From an uncultured Muribaculaceae bacterium (GTDB lineage Bacteria > Bacteroidota > Bacteroidia > Bacteroidales > UBA932): a stretch of 64,000 bases of DNA. This document shows, piece after piece, positions 21,947 to 32,915 of this stretch (the first letter of the stretch is position 1; the number at the start of each line of letters is the position of its first letter). Under the pieces are notes generated by a model, which had not been told where the DNA came from, ran no database searches, and saw nothing but the letters and a program-made list of their open reading frames with translations. A program made the translations under genes and the position numbers. Where the stretch lies: contig CAYGOE010000002.1 in the NCBI GenBank assembly GCA_964351405.1, forward strand, positions 7,925 through 71,924, written 5' to 3'.

Positions 21947-23287
21947 CTACAGTAATCCGGCAAAAAAGTCGTTGCCTGTGTCGTCCACCAATAAAAATGC
22001 AGGGAAGTTTTCGACCTCGATTCTCCAAATCGCCTCCATCTCTAGTTCTCGGTACTCAAGCATCTCAACCATTTTTATGCTCTCCTGGGCAAGAATTGCA
22101 GCCGGGCCGCCGATGCTGCCCAGATAGAATCCGCCAAATTGCTAACAGGCATCTGCAACCTGTTTGCTCCTGTTTCCTTTAGCTATCATAATCATACTGC
22201 CACCGTGGCTCTGCAAGAGACTTACGTAGGAGTCCATCCTTCCGGCCGTTGTGGGGCCGAATGAGCCGCTTGCAAATCCCTGCGGCTTTTTGGCGGGGCC
22301 GGCATAATAAATCGGGTGATCTTTAAGATACTGCGGCAATCCCAACCCGGAATCTATCCTCTCTTTCAGTTTTGCGTGGGCAATATCCCTTGCAACTATA
22401 TTGTCCCGTTAAGAAGCAGGAATGTAGATACCGGATATTGAGACAAATTGGCAAGTATCTCTTTCATAGGGCGGTTAAGGTCTATCTTTACGGCTCCTGT
22501 GTGAGTTGCCTCTACATTTCTCAATTTTCCGGAATTAGTCTGGCAGGATTTGAGTCCAGAGTCTCCAGCCATATACCCTCTTTGTTGATTTTGGCCTTAA
22601 TGTTTCTATCGGCACTGCAGGAGACACCCATCCCAACGGGGCAGGAGGCACCGTGTCTGGGCAGGCGTATAACCCTTATGTCGTGTGCATAGTATTTTCC
22701 TCCGAACTGGGCACCTATCCCCAGAGAGTTGGCAGCCTTGAGCAGCTTTGCCTCCAGCTCAAGATCCCGGAAAGCGTGACCCTCCTTGACCCTATTTTAG
22801 GGAGTTCATCCAGATATTTTGCCGATGCAAGCTTCACTGTTTTCATACACTGCTCGGCAGAGGTCCCGCTAATCACAAAAGCAATATGGTATGGAGGACA
22901 GGCAGATGTTCCGAATAGTTTCATCTTCTCTGCCAGATACTTTTCAAGGGTTGCTGGATTCAGAAGAGCTTTGGTATCCTGGCAAAAGGGAAGAACACCT
23001 TTGGATGAGATATCTGCGTTAAGAAGCATTATTAGGGCAACTACTCTGTCGTTCACGCTTGCCTGAGGATCACTAAGTATTCTAGATACCTGTTCATTGT
23101 GTTCGGGGCGTAACATAAATGCTATGTCGTGCATCGCCTGCCCGGAAAGCATTCTCAAACCCTCTTTATCAACTTTTAGTATCTCCTCTCCCTCAAATAG
23201 TGATGTTAATACGTATTTATCTGTAAGCAGGTGATATTCTGTTTTGTCGGTTCCCAATGGGAACATCTCATTGAATTTAAACTCCAT
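21947..23287 (-). pseudogene. Class I (Fe-S) fumarate hydratase pseudogene
   Basis: Fragments [63 protein letters not shown]. Broken by an in-frame deletion (~22975), about three frameshifts and an in-frame TAG at 22142-22144. Confidence 0.9.
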
Positions 23288-23361
23288 ATCTCTCAATTAA
23301 TACTTGTTGTCCGATACATAAACTACAAACAAACTGCAGGGTAAATTGTGCGCCCATCGCG

Positions 23362-24454
23362 CTAATTTGCGCTTGAATTCTGCATTAAAAACTCCCTCAT
23401 AAACTCATTTAGGCCACCATCCAGTACCTGATTAGTATCGGATGTCTCGTAATCTGTCCGCAAATCTTTAACCATCTTATAGGGGTGAAGCACATAGCTT
23501 CGAATTTGAGAACCCCACTCTATCTTCAACTTCTTCCCCTCCAACTCTGCCTCCCTCTCCCTCTTCTTCTTAAGCTCCAGTTCATAGAGATGAGACTTTA
23601 ATATTCTCAGAGCATTCTGCCTGTTGTCCAGCTGAGAGCGGGACTCGGTATTCTCTACCGTAATTCCGGTAGGGAGGTGTCTTACTCTGACTCCTGTCTC
23701 AACCTTATTCACATTCTGCCCGCCGGCCCCCCCGGAGCGAAAGGTGTCCCACTCAATATCCCCCGCACTTATCTCAATGCTAATAGTGTCGTCAACTGCG
23801 GGGTAGACAAATACAGATGAGAATGTGGTCTGTCTCTTACCCTGAGCATTGAAGGGAGATATTCTTACAAGACGGTGTACTCCATTCTCTCCCTTAAGGT
23901 AGCCATAGGCATACTCTCCCTCAAACTCTATTGTAACAGATTTAATTCCAGCCTCCTCACCATCTATTATGTCGTAGATATGGACTTTATACCCGTTTCT
24001 CTCACCCCATCTAACGTACATCCTCATTAACATTGAACTCCAGTCATTACTCTCGGTACCACCGGCACCTGAGTTTATCTTAAGAATTGCTCCCAGATTA
24101 TCTCCCTCATATCCCAGCATACTCCTCATCTCAAGAGCCTCAACCTTAGTTAAGAGATAATTGTAGTGCCCCGTTATCTCACCCTCAAGTGTGAGATCCT
24201 CCTTAAGAAAATCAACCAGAACACCCATATCCTCCATAAGTGTCTCTACTTCGGAATAACTCTTGACCCAATAATTTACTGCTGATGTTTTTTTAAGAAA
24301 GAGCTCTGCCTCCGACGGGTTTTTCCAGAAGTTGGGATCAAGTGTCCTCTGTTCGCTCTGTTGTAACTCTACTCTTTTGTTTTCGATGTCAAAGAGACCT
24401 CCCCAGCGCCAGAATCCGCTGACGGATCTCTTTGTACTGATCCGTTGTAAACAT
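23362..24454 (-). CDS. prfB: Peptide chain release factor 2 (programmed +1 frameshift)
   Basis: [21 protein letters not shown] then CTT-TGA-C, +1 frame continues DIENKRVEL...; SPF and GGQ motifs. Confidence 0.97.
24388..24403 (-). other. prfB programmed frameshift signal
   Basis: Minus strand GGGAGG-TCT-CTT-TGA-C: internal SD, slippery site and UGA. Confidence 0.95.
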
Positions 24455-24479
24455 AACTTTATCTATTTGGTAAATCAAT

Positions 24480-24950
24480 CTATTTGGTAAAGTTAGCCAA
24501 TAATGTGTTAACTGCACATAAAACCTTTTCGTACTCAAAGCCACGTGAGAGAGCAAACCGAATAAGTTTTGCTTTTATCTTCTCCCTATCCTCATTTTTT
24601 AATGCGTGCAGCTTCTTCTCAAGAATGGAGTTGAGTTTATCCTCCCTCTGTTGAGGAGCTATAGTTAACATAGCACTCTCTATTATCTCATCAACTATCG
24701 CCTTGCTCCTGAGCGCCCATCTTATCTTTGCCGGCCCCCACCCGCTCAAAGAGCTCTTGTCTCTCACAAATGATTGAGCATATCTGCTTTGGTCAAAAAA
24801 TTTATCGTTTGAGAGCGACTCTATTATCTCCTCTATCTCCTCATCGGTAAGGGAATACTTCTTTAGCTTATTCAATATCTCGCTCCTGCAGCACTCCCGT
24901 ACCGAACATATCCTCTGCATCGCTGCAAGAGCATTGGAGCCTCTTTCCAT
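24480..24950 (-). CDS. recX: Regulatory protein RecX
   Basis: CS.RE.C..E, F.D..RYA..FVRDK...WG..KI, KL.RFALSRGF. Confidence 0.88.
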   Translation of the reverse strand: MERGSNALAAMQRICSVRECCRSEILNKLKKYSLTDEEIEEIIESLSNDKFFDQSRYAQSFVRDKSSLSGWGPAKIRWALRSKAIVDEIIESAMLTIAPQQREDKLNSILEKKLHALKNEDREKIKAKLIRFALSRGFEYEKVLCAVNTLLANFTK

Positions 24951-24951
24951 C

Positions 24952-27783
24952 TTAAACAGATATCCTTTTAAAAAATCTTACTACCTCACCTATCCAGAGC
25001 ACTACTGAGGTGCCTGCAATCACTATCATCCAGTCACGGAATGAAAGCGAAACTGTTCTAAAGAGCTCTCCTCCAAACTCCACAATCATAAGCTGACCAA
25101 TAATAATAGTACTGGCCACAAGTATAAATGCAGGGCTTGAAAAGATCCCTTTAAATGCAGATTTCCCGGTTAAAAATGCCTTTGCATTGAAGAGATTCCA
25201 GAACTGCAGCATCACAAATATTGTAAAGAAGAGAGAGATGTTATACTCAGATATCTCATTGTTGGCGTCACCCAAATACCAAAGTATCGTTAGAAGTCCA
25301 ACAATAAAGAGGAGAGCGGTAATAAAAATATTGCTCCTCATAGATGGGGTTACAATGAATGCTCCTGGGCTTCTTGGACTGTTTTTGAGAATTCTGATAT
25401 CCGGGGGCAGAGAGGCGAGGGCACCGGCTGCAAATGTGTCCATTATAAGATTTACCCATAGCATTTGAGTTATAGTGAGAGGTATCTCTTTTCCGAAGAT
25501 CGAGCCAAGCAGTACAACCACAAGGGCAGTTAAATTTATTGTCAGCTGAAAAATAAGGAATCTCTGAATATTACTGTAGAGCGACCTTCCCCATAGGACT
25601 GCTGTTACAATTGAGCTGAAAGAGTCGTCCAAAAGGGTTATGTCGCTGGCCTCTTTGGCGACAGATGTGCCAGATCCCATTGAAAGACCCACGTGGGCAT
25701 GGTTAAGGGCCGGAGCATCATTTGTACCATCCCCCGTTACGGCAACCACCTCACCCAGCCTCTGAAGCAGCCTCACCATTCTCTCTTTATCTGCAGGCCT
25801 TGCTCTGCACATTACTTTAATCCCGGGGAGCCTCTCCATCGCCTCGTTATCTGAGAGTGCATCAAAATCGGAACCCGAAATAATTCCGCTCACCAACTCA
25901 TCCTCTCCAAGAATGCCTATCCGACGGGCAATCTCTCCTGCAGTTCCCGGAGTATCCCCGGTTATCATCTTCACCTTTATCCCCGCGCCTACACACCTTG
26001 CTACAGCTTCTGCAACATCCTCCCGCAAAGGATCTGAAATTGCAACAACTCCCAGATATGTAAGCCCCCCCTCTTTAACAAGGCTCTCCACGTCTTCTGA
26101 AGCCATTTCGGGAGAAATCTCACGATAACCGAAACCCAGAGTTCTCATTGCCCTGGCCTGGTATCCAACAAGTATTGAAGAGACCTCTGTAGGATAATCA
26201 ATTGTATATGAGGCAACAATCTCCGGCGCCCCTTTTACATAGAGAAGATATTTCCCCGATTCAGTCGAGTAGGCAACTGTTGCCATATATTTTCTTTCGG
26301 TAGAGAAAGTGAGCTGGTTCACAATTTTTGAACTCTCCCTTATTTTTAGATAATCTTTGCCGTTTTCGCTGAGCCAGATAAGCAGGGCAGCCTCAGTGGG
26401 GTTACCAAGAGTACGGATTTTGCCCTCAACAGATCTGTCCAGGTGGGCTGTAGAGTTTAGGGCAATGCTCCCGTCAATGATCTCCGGATTATCGACGAAG
26501 AGTTCATGGCTGACCCGCATCTGATTTTGGGTTAGGGTGCCTGTTTTATCTGTGCAGATCACTGTTGCTGCCCCCATCGTTTCGGTTGCGTGCATCTTTC
26601 TTACCAGATTGTTACTGGTAAGCATCTTTCTCATACTAAGAGCTAGAGAGAGAGTAACTGCCATCGGTAGTCCCTCAGGAACAGAAACAACTATTAAAGT
26701 TACAGAGACCATAAAGTATTTAAGAATTCTCACAGCCATATCTCCATCTATCCAGGATGAGGACTCCAGCGGGTTATAACCAATAAGGTATCCGATAAGA
26801 AAAAACATAAGAGCAAGTGCGATAGCTAAAAGGGCAGAGACTCCCCAGCTCAGTTTGGAGAGAGAGGTGTGTTTAACACCCGGCTTTAACAGCTCTGCCC
26901 CCTCCATAATAATCGGAATCCAAACTTTTGCAACAGCAACAAATCCTGCAGCTATTACTGTAAAAAGGGTCCATAATGGTGCAGCTCCGTAATGTGCATC
27001 ACCTAAGAAGATATCTTTAACAAAGAGAGCTGCAAATGTTGCCACGGCAAGTATAAAACCTGCAAACCCGATAAATCTGGCCAAACCCTCAAGCTGTCTG
27101 TTTAAAGGGGTTGGCTCGTTGCTTATCTCGGTCGAGAGCCTGGCAACCTTTCCATATTCGGTGTTGTCTCCAACAGATGTTACCCTGCACAGGCAATATC
27201 CCTCCAAGACTGTAGTGCTTTTATATATCTGATTGACAGGATAGGTGGCATCATTAGAGATCTCATTTGGAGTTACCATCTTTCTTGCCAAAGGCTCTCC
27301 TGTAAGCGCAGATTCGTTTACAGAGAGCGAAACTGCCTCCAGTAGCTCTCCGTCTGCCGGAATCTCCTCTCCCGCATCCAGGATTACTATATCTCCCACA
27401 ACTATATCTCTCTTGGGAATCTCAGTTATAGAGCCATCCCGAATCACTTTAACTGGGTTCTCCTCGTTAACCTTGTTTAATAGGTTAAATTTCTTTCCGG
27501 CATCTGCCTCAAACCAGAAGGAGATTCCGGTTGCAAGCAAAATGGCAAAGATTATTCCAATAGTCTCGTAAATCTCTCCGCTTCGAATGGATATTAACAG
27601 CGAGAGAAGTGCTGCAATCAACAAAATACGGATTATCGGGTCATTGAATTTACCCAGGAACAAACGCCACAACGGCTCTCTCGGCGGTGGGGTGAGTATA
27701 TTCTCTCCATTGACTCTGCGGCTCTCATCTGCTTGCTCTTTAGTTAAACCTTTGTAATCAGATACGTTAGAATTCCTGTTCAT
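24952..27783 (-). CDS. Calcium-translocating P-type ATPase, PMCA-type
   Basis: LTGE, VPEGLP, DKTGTLT, KGAPE, TGDGTNDAPAL, QMLWVNLIMDT. Confidence 0.93.
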   Translation of the reverse strand: MNRNSNVSDYKGLTKEQADESRRVNGENILTPPPREPLWRLFLGKFNDPIIRILLIAALLSLLISIRSGEIYETIGIIFAILLATGISFWFEADAGKKFNLLNKVNEENPVKVIRDGSITEIPKRDIVVGDIVILDAGEEIPADGELLEAVSLSVNESALTGEPLARKMVTPNEISNDATYPVNQIYKSTTVLEGYCLCRVTSVGDNTEYGKVARLSTEISNEPTPLNRQLEGLARFIGFAGFILAVATFAALFVKDIFLGDAHYGAAPLWTLFTVIAAGFVAVAKVWIPIIMEGAELLKPGVKHTSLSKLSWGVSALLAIALALMFFLIGYLIGYNPLESSSWIDGDMAVRILKYFMVSVTLIVVSVPEGLPMAVTLSLALSMRKMLTSNNLVRKMHATETMGAATVICTDKTGTLTQNQMRVSHELFVDNPEIIDGSIALNSTAHLDRSVEGKIRTLGNPTEAALLIWLSENGKDYLKIRESSKIVNQLTFSTERKYMATVAYSTESGKYLLYVKGAPEIVASYTIDYPTEVSSILVGYQARAMRTLGFGYREISPEMASEDVESLVKEGGLTYLGVVAISDPLREDVAEAVARCVGAGIKVKMITGDTPGTAGEIARRIGILGEDELVSGIISGSDFDALSDNEAMERLPGIKVMCRARPADKERMVRLLQRLGEVVAVTGDGTNDAPALNHAHVGLSMGSGTSVAKEASDITLLDDSFSSIVTAVLWGRSLYSNIQRFLIFQLTINLTALVVVLLGSIFGKEIPLTITQMLWVNLIMDTFAAGALASLPPDIRILKNSPRSPGAFIVTPSMRSNIFITALLFIVGLLTILWYLGDANNEISEYNISLFFTIFVMLQFWNLFNAKAFLTGKSAFKGIFSSPAFILVASTIIIGQLMIVEFGGELFRTVSLSFRDWMIVIAGTSVVLWIGEVVRFFKRISV

Positions 27784-28807
27784 TATAATCCATTTTTAAA
27801 TTGTTCCCACTCAACATACCGCACGCAGCCAGAATATCCTCCCCACGTGAGGCTCTTATGGTAGATATTACTCCCGCTCTGTTAAGTCTATCTCTGAAAT
27901 TTTCTATGATAAGATCCGGAGAGCTTTTATACTCAAAGTCCGGAATCTGGTGAAATCGAATAAGGTTTACACGGCACTCGAGCCCTTTGAGCATTCGTGA
28001 AAGGGCATCTGCGTGTCTCTTTGTGTCGTTCCATCCCGAGAACATTACATACTCAAAACTGACCCTACGCTGCCCGGTAAAGTCATACTCCTTAATTAAC
28101 GATACTATCTCATCTATCGGCCACACCTTCTGCATCGGCATCATCTCTGCACGCTCCCGTTCAAAAGGGTTGTGAAGCGAAACTGCCAGGTGACACTTTG
28201 ACTCATCCAGGAATCTTCTTAATGTACTCCCTACCCCTATCGTAGATATTGTAACTCTTTTTGGACTCCACCCGAAACCCCACTCAGATGTGAGGATTTG
28301 AGTACTCCTTAGAACCTGCTCGTAGTTGTCCAGCGGATCACCCATCCCCATATATACCACATTGGTGAGTCTGTCGCTCTCCTTTACATTTATGATTTGT
28401 GAAATAATCTCGCCTGCTGTGAGGTGCCCCTTAAAGCCCATCCTCCCTGTCATACAAAAGTGACAACCCATTTTACACCCGGCCTGTGACGAGATGCACA
28501 GAGTGGCCCTCTCTTCGTCCGGTATCATAACAGACTCAATGGGAGTTCCGGTTAGAGAGGAGAAAAGGTATTTTTTTGTACCGTCAGAAGATGTTATCTC
28601 CTCAAGCGGAGTATACCCTCCAACCTCATAATGCTCGGCGAGCCTCTCTCTTGAGGTTACAGAGAGGTTGCTCATCTGCGCTATATCTTTTACCTTTTTT
28701 TTGTAAAGCCAGTCCAAAATCTGTTTTGCCGTAAATGCCGAAAGTGACAGATTATCTGTTATTTCCCTAAGTTCTGGCAAAGTCGCTCCAAGTAACCATT
28801 TTTTCAT
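27767..28807 (-). CDS. rlmN: 23S rRNA (adenine(2503)-C2)-methyltransferase
   Basis: CISSQAGCKMGCHFC, MGMG, SLH, RG.DI.AACG; MGMGDP instead of the usual MGMGEP. Confidence 0.93.
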   Translation of the reverse strand: MKKWLLGATLPELREITDNLSLSAFTAKQILDWLYKKKVKDIAQMSNLSVTSRERLAEHYEVGGYTPLEEITSSDGTKKYLFSSLTGTPIESVMIPDEERATLCISSQAGCKMGCHFCMTGRMGFKGHLTAGEIISQIINVKESDRLTNVVYMGMGDPLDNYEQVLRSTQILTSEWGFGWSPKRVTISTIGVGSTLRRFLDESKCHLAVSLHNPFERERAEMMPMQKVWPIDEIVSLIKEYDFTGQRRVSFEYVMFSGWNDTKRHADALSRMLKGLECRVNLIRFHQIPDFEYKSSPDLIIENFRDRLNRAGVISTIRASRGEDILAACGMLSGNNLKMDYNEQEF

Positions 28808-28872
28808 CCTGCAAATATAGATAAATTTGAAAATCATTTGTTATTTTTGCAGGAATTTAAAACACAAACATT

Positions 28873-29907
28873 ATGGCAAAGGAGAAGGAAGAAGTTAACA
28901 GAGGTGCCGGGATTAACCCCGAGAAGCTGAAGGCCCTGCAGGCCACGTTGGACAAGATTGAGAAGGATTACGGGAAGGGCACCGTTATGAAGTTGGGAGA
29001 GCAGCCAAAATGGGAGGTCTCTACTATTCCGTCAGGATCTATATCCCTGGACTTTGCTTTGGGAATTGGCGGATACCCAAGGGGGAGAGTGGTTGAGATC
29101 TATGGGCCCGAGTCCAGCGGTAAGACAACTCTTGCAATACACGCTATTGCAGAGGCTCAAAAAGTGGGTGGAATTGCTGCAATCATTGATGCAGAGCACG
29201 CTTTTGACAGAACATACGCAAAAAAATTGGGTGTAGATGTAGATACTCTCCTAATATCCCAGCCGGATAACGGAGAGCAGGCGCTTGAGATAACAGACCA
29301 CCTTATTCGCAGCGGTGCAATTGATGTAATTGTGATTGACTCCGTTGCAGCCCTTACCCCTAAAGCAGAGATTGAGGGAGAGATGGGAGACTCCAAAATG
29401 GGGCTTCAGGCAAGGCTTATGAGCCAGGCTTTAAGAAAACTCACGGCAAACATCAGTAAAACAAACACCTGCTGCATATTCATTAACCAACTCCGAGATA
29501 AAATTGGTGTTATGTTCGGCAATCCGGAGACAACAACCGGTGGAAACGCTCTTAAGTTTTACTCATCTGTTAGGGTGGATGTCCGTAGGATTACCCAGCT
29601 GAAAGATGGCGAAGAGGCTACCGGAAACAGGGTTAGAGCAAAAATCGTAAAAAACAAGCTTGCTCCACCTTTCAGAAAAGCTGAGTTCGATATCGTATTT
29701 GGAGAGGGGATTTCAAAAATAGGAGAGATAATAGACCTTGGAGTCGATTTTGATATCGTTAAAAAAAGCGGCTCGTGGTTTAGCTACGGTGATACCAAAC
29801 TAGGTCAGGGGAGAGACACAGTTAAGCAGATAATTCTGGACAACCCTGCTCTGATGGATGAGATAGAACAGAAAATACGACTTATGCTGCAGGAAAGCAA
29901 AGACTAA
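28873..29907 (+). CDS. recA: Recombinase RecA
   Basis: [23 protein letters not shown]. Confidence 0.99.
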   Translation: MAKEKEEVNRGAGINPEKLKALQATLDKIEKDYGKGTVMKLGEQPKWEVSTIPSGSISLDFALGIGGYPRGRVVEIYGPESSGKTTLAIHAIAEAQKVGGIAAIIDAEHAFDRTYAKKLGVDVDTLLISQPDNGEQALEITDHLIRSGAIDVIVIDSVAALTPKAEIEGEMGDSKMGLQARLMSQALRKLTANISKTNTCCIFINQLRDKIGVMFGNPETTTGGNALKFYSSVRVDVRRITQLKDGEEATGNRVRAKIVKNKLAPPFRKAEFDIVFGEGISKIGEIIDLGVDFDIVKKSGSWFSYGDTKLGQGRDTVKQIILDNPALMDEIEQKIRLMLQESKD

Positions 29908-29922
29908 AGAGGTCAAAAACAG

Positions 29923-30927
29923 ATGGAAATTGTATTAAGCGGAATCCGGTCTACAGGACATCTGCACCTCGGGAATTATTATGGTGCACTAAGGAACTAT
30001 ATTAAGATGCAGGAGAACTATAACTGCTTCTTCTTTATTGCAGACCTGCATTCATTAACCACTCACCCTCACCCGGATGATTTTCACGCCGGTGTAAGAA
30101 CAATCCTTGCAGAGTATCTGGCCTGTGGTTTGGATCCCGAAAAATCTGCAATTTTTGTACAGAGTGACCTGCCTGAAATACTGGAGCTCTATATTCTGTT
30201 AAATATGATCTCATATAAAGGGGAGCTGGAGCGGACAACATCATTTAAGGACAAGGTGAGGCAGCAGCCGGACAATATCAACGCCGGGCTGCTCACCTAT
30301 CCTGTGCTTATGGCTTCAGATATTTTGGTTCACAGGGCAAATCTTGTGCCTGTAGGAAAAGATCAGGAGCAGCACCTTGAGATGGCACGAGTGCTTGCAA
30401 GAAGGTTCAACACTTTCTACAACTCACCTGTCTTTCCGGAGCCCAAAGCTTTCAACTTCGGAGAAGATCTGATTAAGGTGCCCGGGTTGGATGGAAGTGG
30501 TAAGATGGGCAAAAGTGAGGGTAACGGAGTCTACCTCTGTGACGACGAAAACACCATCCGCAAAAAGGTGATGAAAGCGGTGACCGATAGCGGGCCCACA
30601 GAGCCAAACAGCCCAATGCCGGACTCTGTTGCAAATCTGTTTACACTTCTGGATATTGTCTCCGGAAAAGAGACTGTCAGCCACTTTATGCAGAGCTACA
30701 ATAACTGCACAATTCGCTACGGAGATCTTAAAAAGCAGCTTGCAGAGGATATCTGCAGACAGACCCTACCGATAAAAGCGAAAATTGAGGAGATCTATAA
30801 AGATGAGGAGTATCTGCGTAAAGTGGTAAAAAGAGGAACAGAGCTGGCCAGAGAGAGTGCGAAAGCAACACTTAAAGAGGTTAGAAAAGCGGTTGGCTTC
30901 AGGAGCTTCCTTTACTGTGATGATTAG
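29923..30927 (+). CDS. trpS: Tryptophan--tRNA ligase
   Basis: SGIRSTG.LHLGN, YPVLMA.DI, VPVGKDQ.QH, KMGKS. Confidence 0.97.
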   Translation: MEIVLSGIRSTGHLHLGNYYGALRNYIKMQENYNCFFFIADLHSLTTHPHPDDFHAGVRTILAEYLACGLDPEKSAIFVQSDLPEILELYILLNMISYKGELERTTSFKDKVRQQPDNINAGLLTYPVLMASDILVHRANLVPVGKDQEQHLEMARVLARRFNTFYNSPVFPEPKAFNFGEDLIKVPGLDGSGKMGKSEGNGVYLCDDENTIRKKVMKAVTDSGPTEPNSPMPDSVANLFTLLDIVSGKETVSHFMQSYNNCTIRYGDLKKQLAEDICRQTLPIKAKIEEIYKDEEYLRKVVKRGTELARESAKATLKEVRKAVGFRSFLYCDD

Positions 30928-32878
30928 TAAAGAGACTATAGAGAAAATACTGGATGCAGCACAAATTGTTGATGTAGTCGGCGATTTTGTTGCCTTGCGA
31001 AGAAGGGGGGCAAACTATATGGCTTGCTGTCCTTTTCATCACGAAAAAACACCCTCCTTCTCAGTCTCTCCCTCCAAGGGGATATTCAAATGCTTCGGTT
31101 GCGGGAAAGCTGGCAACTCGGTCAATTTCGTTATGGAGCACGAACAGCTGGGTTATGTAGATGCTCTTAGGTTTCTCGGAAGAAAATACTCAATCGAGAT
31201 AGCAGACAGGGAGGAGACAGAGCAGGATGCCCAGAACAGATTAAGGTCGGAATCTCTGTTAGCGGTTACCCAGTTTGCTCAGGAGTTCTACACAAACTCG
31301 CTCTGGAATACAGACCAGGGGGTGGCTGTTGGTCTTAGTTACTTTAAGGAGAGGGGTTTTGACGAAGCTCTAATTAAGAAATTTATGCTTGGCTGGGCCC
31401 CCTCAGGTAGGGATTCGCTCAGTAAAGCAGCTCTAAAGGCCGGTTACAAAAAGGAGTTTCTTATTGCCGCAGGGCTCTCCATTGAGCGGGACTCAGATAA
31501 AGAGTTAATAGACCGTTTTTACGACAGAGTTATTTTTCCTGTCCACTCAATCTCCGGAAGGGCAATTGCCTTTGGAGGCAGAACTCTTCGGGCAGATAAA
31601 ACAGTCGCAAAATATATTAACTCCCCCGAGACCGAGATATATGTCAAGAGTAGAACTCTCTACGGAATTTTCTTTGCAAAGAGCTCTATCACCAAGTTGC
31701 AGAAATGCTATCTGGTAGAGGGATATACAGATGTTCTTGCATTTCATAAGTCGGGTGTAGATAATGTTGTGGCATCAAGCGGCACATCCCTTACGACAGA
31801 GCAAATTCGGCTCATAAAGCGATTTGCCCCGGAGGTTGTAGTTCTTTACGACGGAGACGCGGCAGGGATAAAAGCATCATTAAGGGGAATAGATATGCTT
31901 CTGGAGGAGGGTCTCCGCATTAAGGTGGTTCTCTTCCCCGATGGAGAGGACCCTGACTCCTTTGCAAGAAAAAACAGCCCGGAGGTTCTTAAACAATTTC
32001 TGGAGGAGTCCCAGGAAGATTTTATAGCATTTAAAACTCGTGTGCTATCTGCCGAAACAAAAAAGGACCCGATCAAGAGAGCACAGCTTATTCAGGAGGT
32101 AGTTTCAAGTATCGCAGTAATCCCGGATGCTATCAGCAGGGCCGTCTACATAGAGGAGTGTTCTACAAGGTTAAATATCTCGGAGGATATTCTTTCGACT
32201 GAGGTTAAGGTGTTACGTAAAAAGAGGCTGTACGGAACCTACTCATCTGAGTTTGCACCTGCCCCTGAACCCGGAGTTCCACTCTACTTCCCTACTCTGG
32301 AGACAGGAGAGAGGCTGCCGGAGTTCATCACCAACACCTATTGTGAACCTGCAGAGAAAGAGCTTCTCTACTATCTTATTAAATTTGGAGAGCACCCACT
32401 CTATGGAGCAGACGAAGAGAATCCGGGGTCGGTTACAGTCTCTCAGTTTATCCTTACAGAGCTCTCTAATGACGATTTGGAACTTCAGAATCTTATCTAC
32501 AAAAACATCTTCGACGAGTACTATCTTGTTAAAGAGATTGGTCAGCAAGAGATTCAAAAACACTTTATTAACCACAGAAATCAGGACTTTGTAAATGTTG
32601 TGCTGGATCTTCTGCACCAAGAGCATAACCTCACAATTAAACAATTTGTTGCAGAGATACCTCCGGAGGAGCATCTGCTCTCCACTATGGTTCCAAAATC
32701 TATCCTTATTTACAAAGCCAAGATAACTGCAATTGCCTATCAAAATCTATGTAAAGATCTCTCTCTGGCAGAAAAAGATAAAGACAGCATTCGGCAGAAT
32801 GAGCTGATGGAGCAGCTTCAGATACTGATGCATATCCGCAACTCCTTCTCCAAGGAGCTTAAGAGATTGACCATTTAA
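30920..32878 (+). CDS. dnaG: DNA primase
   Basis: CPFHHEKTPSF...CFGC zinc finger, KYINSPET, EGYTDV, YDGD.AG; start ATG 30920. Confidence 0.97.
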   Translation: MISKETIEKILDAAQIVDVVGDFVALRRRGANYMACCPFHHEKTPSFSVSPSKGIFKCFGCGKAGNSVNFVMEHEQLGYVDALRFLGRKYSIEIADREETEQDAQNRLRSESLLAVTQFAQEFYTNSLWNTDQGVAVGLSYFKERGFDEALIKKFMLGWAPSGRDSLSKAALKAGYKKEFLIAAGLSIERDSDKELIDRFYDRVIFPVHSISGRAIAFGGRTLRADKTVAKYINSPETEIYVKSRTLYGIFFAKSSITKLQKCYLVEGYTDVLAFHKSGVDNVVASSGTSLTTEQIRLIKRFAPEVVVLYDGDAAGIKASLRGIDMLLEEGLRIKVVLFPDGEDPDSFARKNSPEVLKQFLEESQEDFIAFKTRVLSAETKKDPIKRAQLIQEVVSSIAVIPDAISRAVYIEECSTRLNISEDILSTEVKVLRKKRLYGTYSSEFAPAPEPGVPLYFPTLETGERLPEFITNTYCEPAEKELLYYLIKFGEHPLYGADEENPGSVTVSQFILTELSNDDLELQNLIYKNIFDEYYLVKEIGQQEIQKHFINHRNQDFVNVVLDLLHQEHNLTIKQFVAEIPPEEHLLSTMVPKSILIYKAKITAIAYQNLCKDLSLAEKDKDSIRQNELMEQLQILMHIRNSFSKELKRLTI

Positions 32879-32915
32879 GATTTTTCTTAACTTTGACGCC
32901 TAAATTTTCCAACCG

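Noticed and set aside
21924-21964. CCGGCAAA repeated three times at the CDF/fumarase junction
   Set aside because: Short, irregular spacing (14 and 19 nt), partly inside the pseudogene end; likely local slippage.
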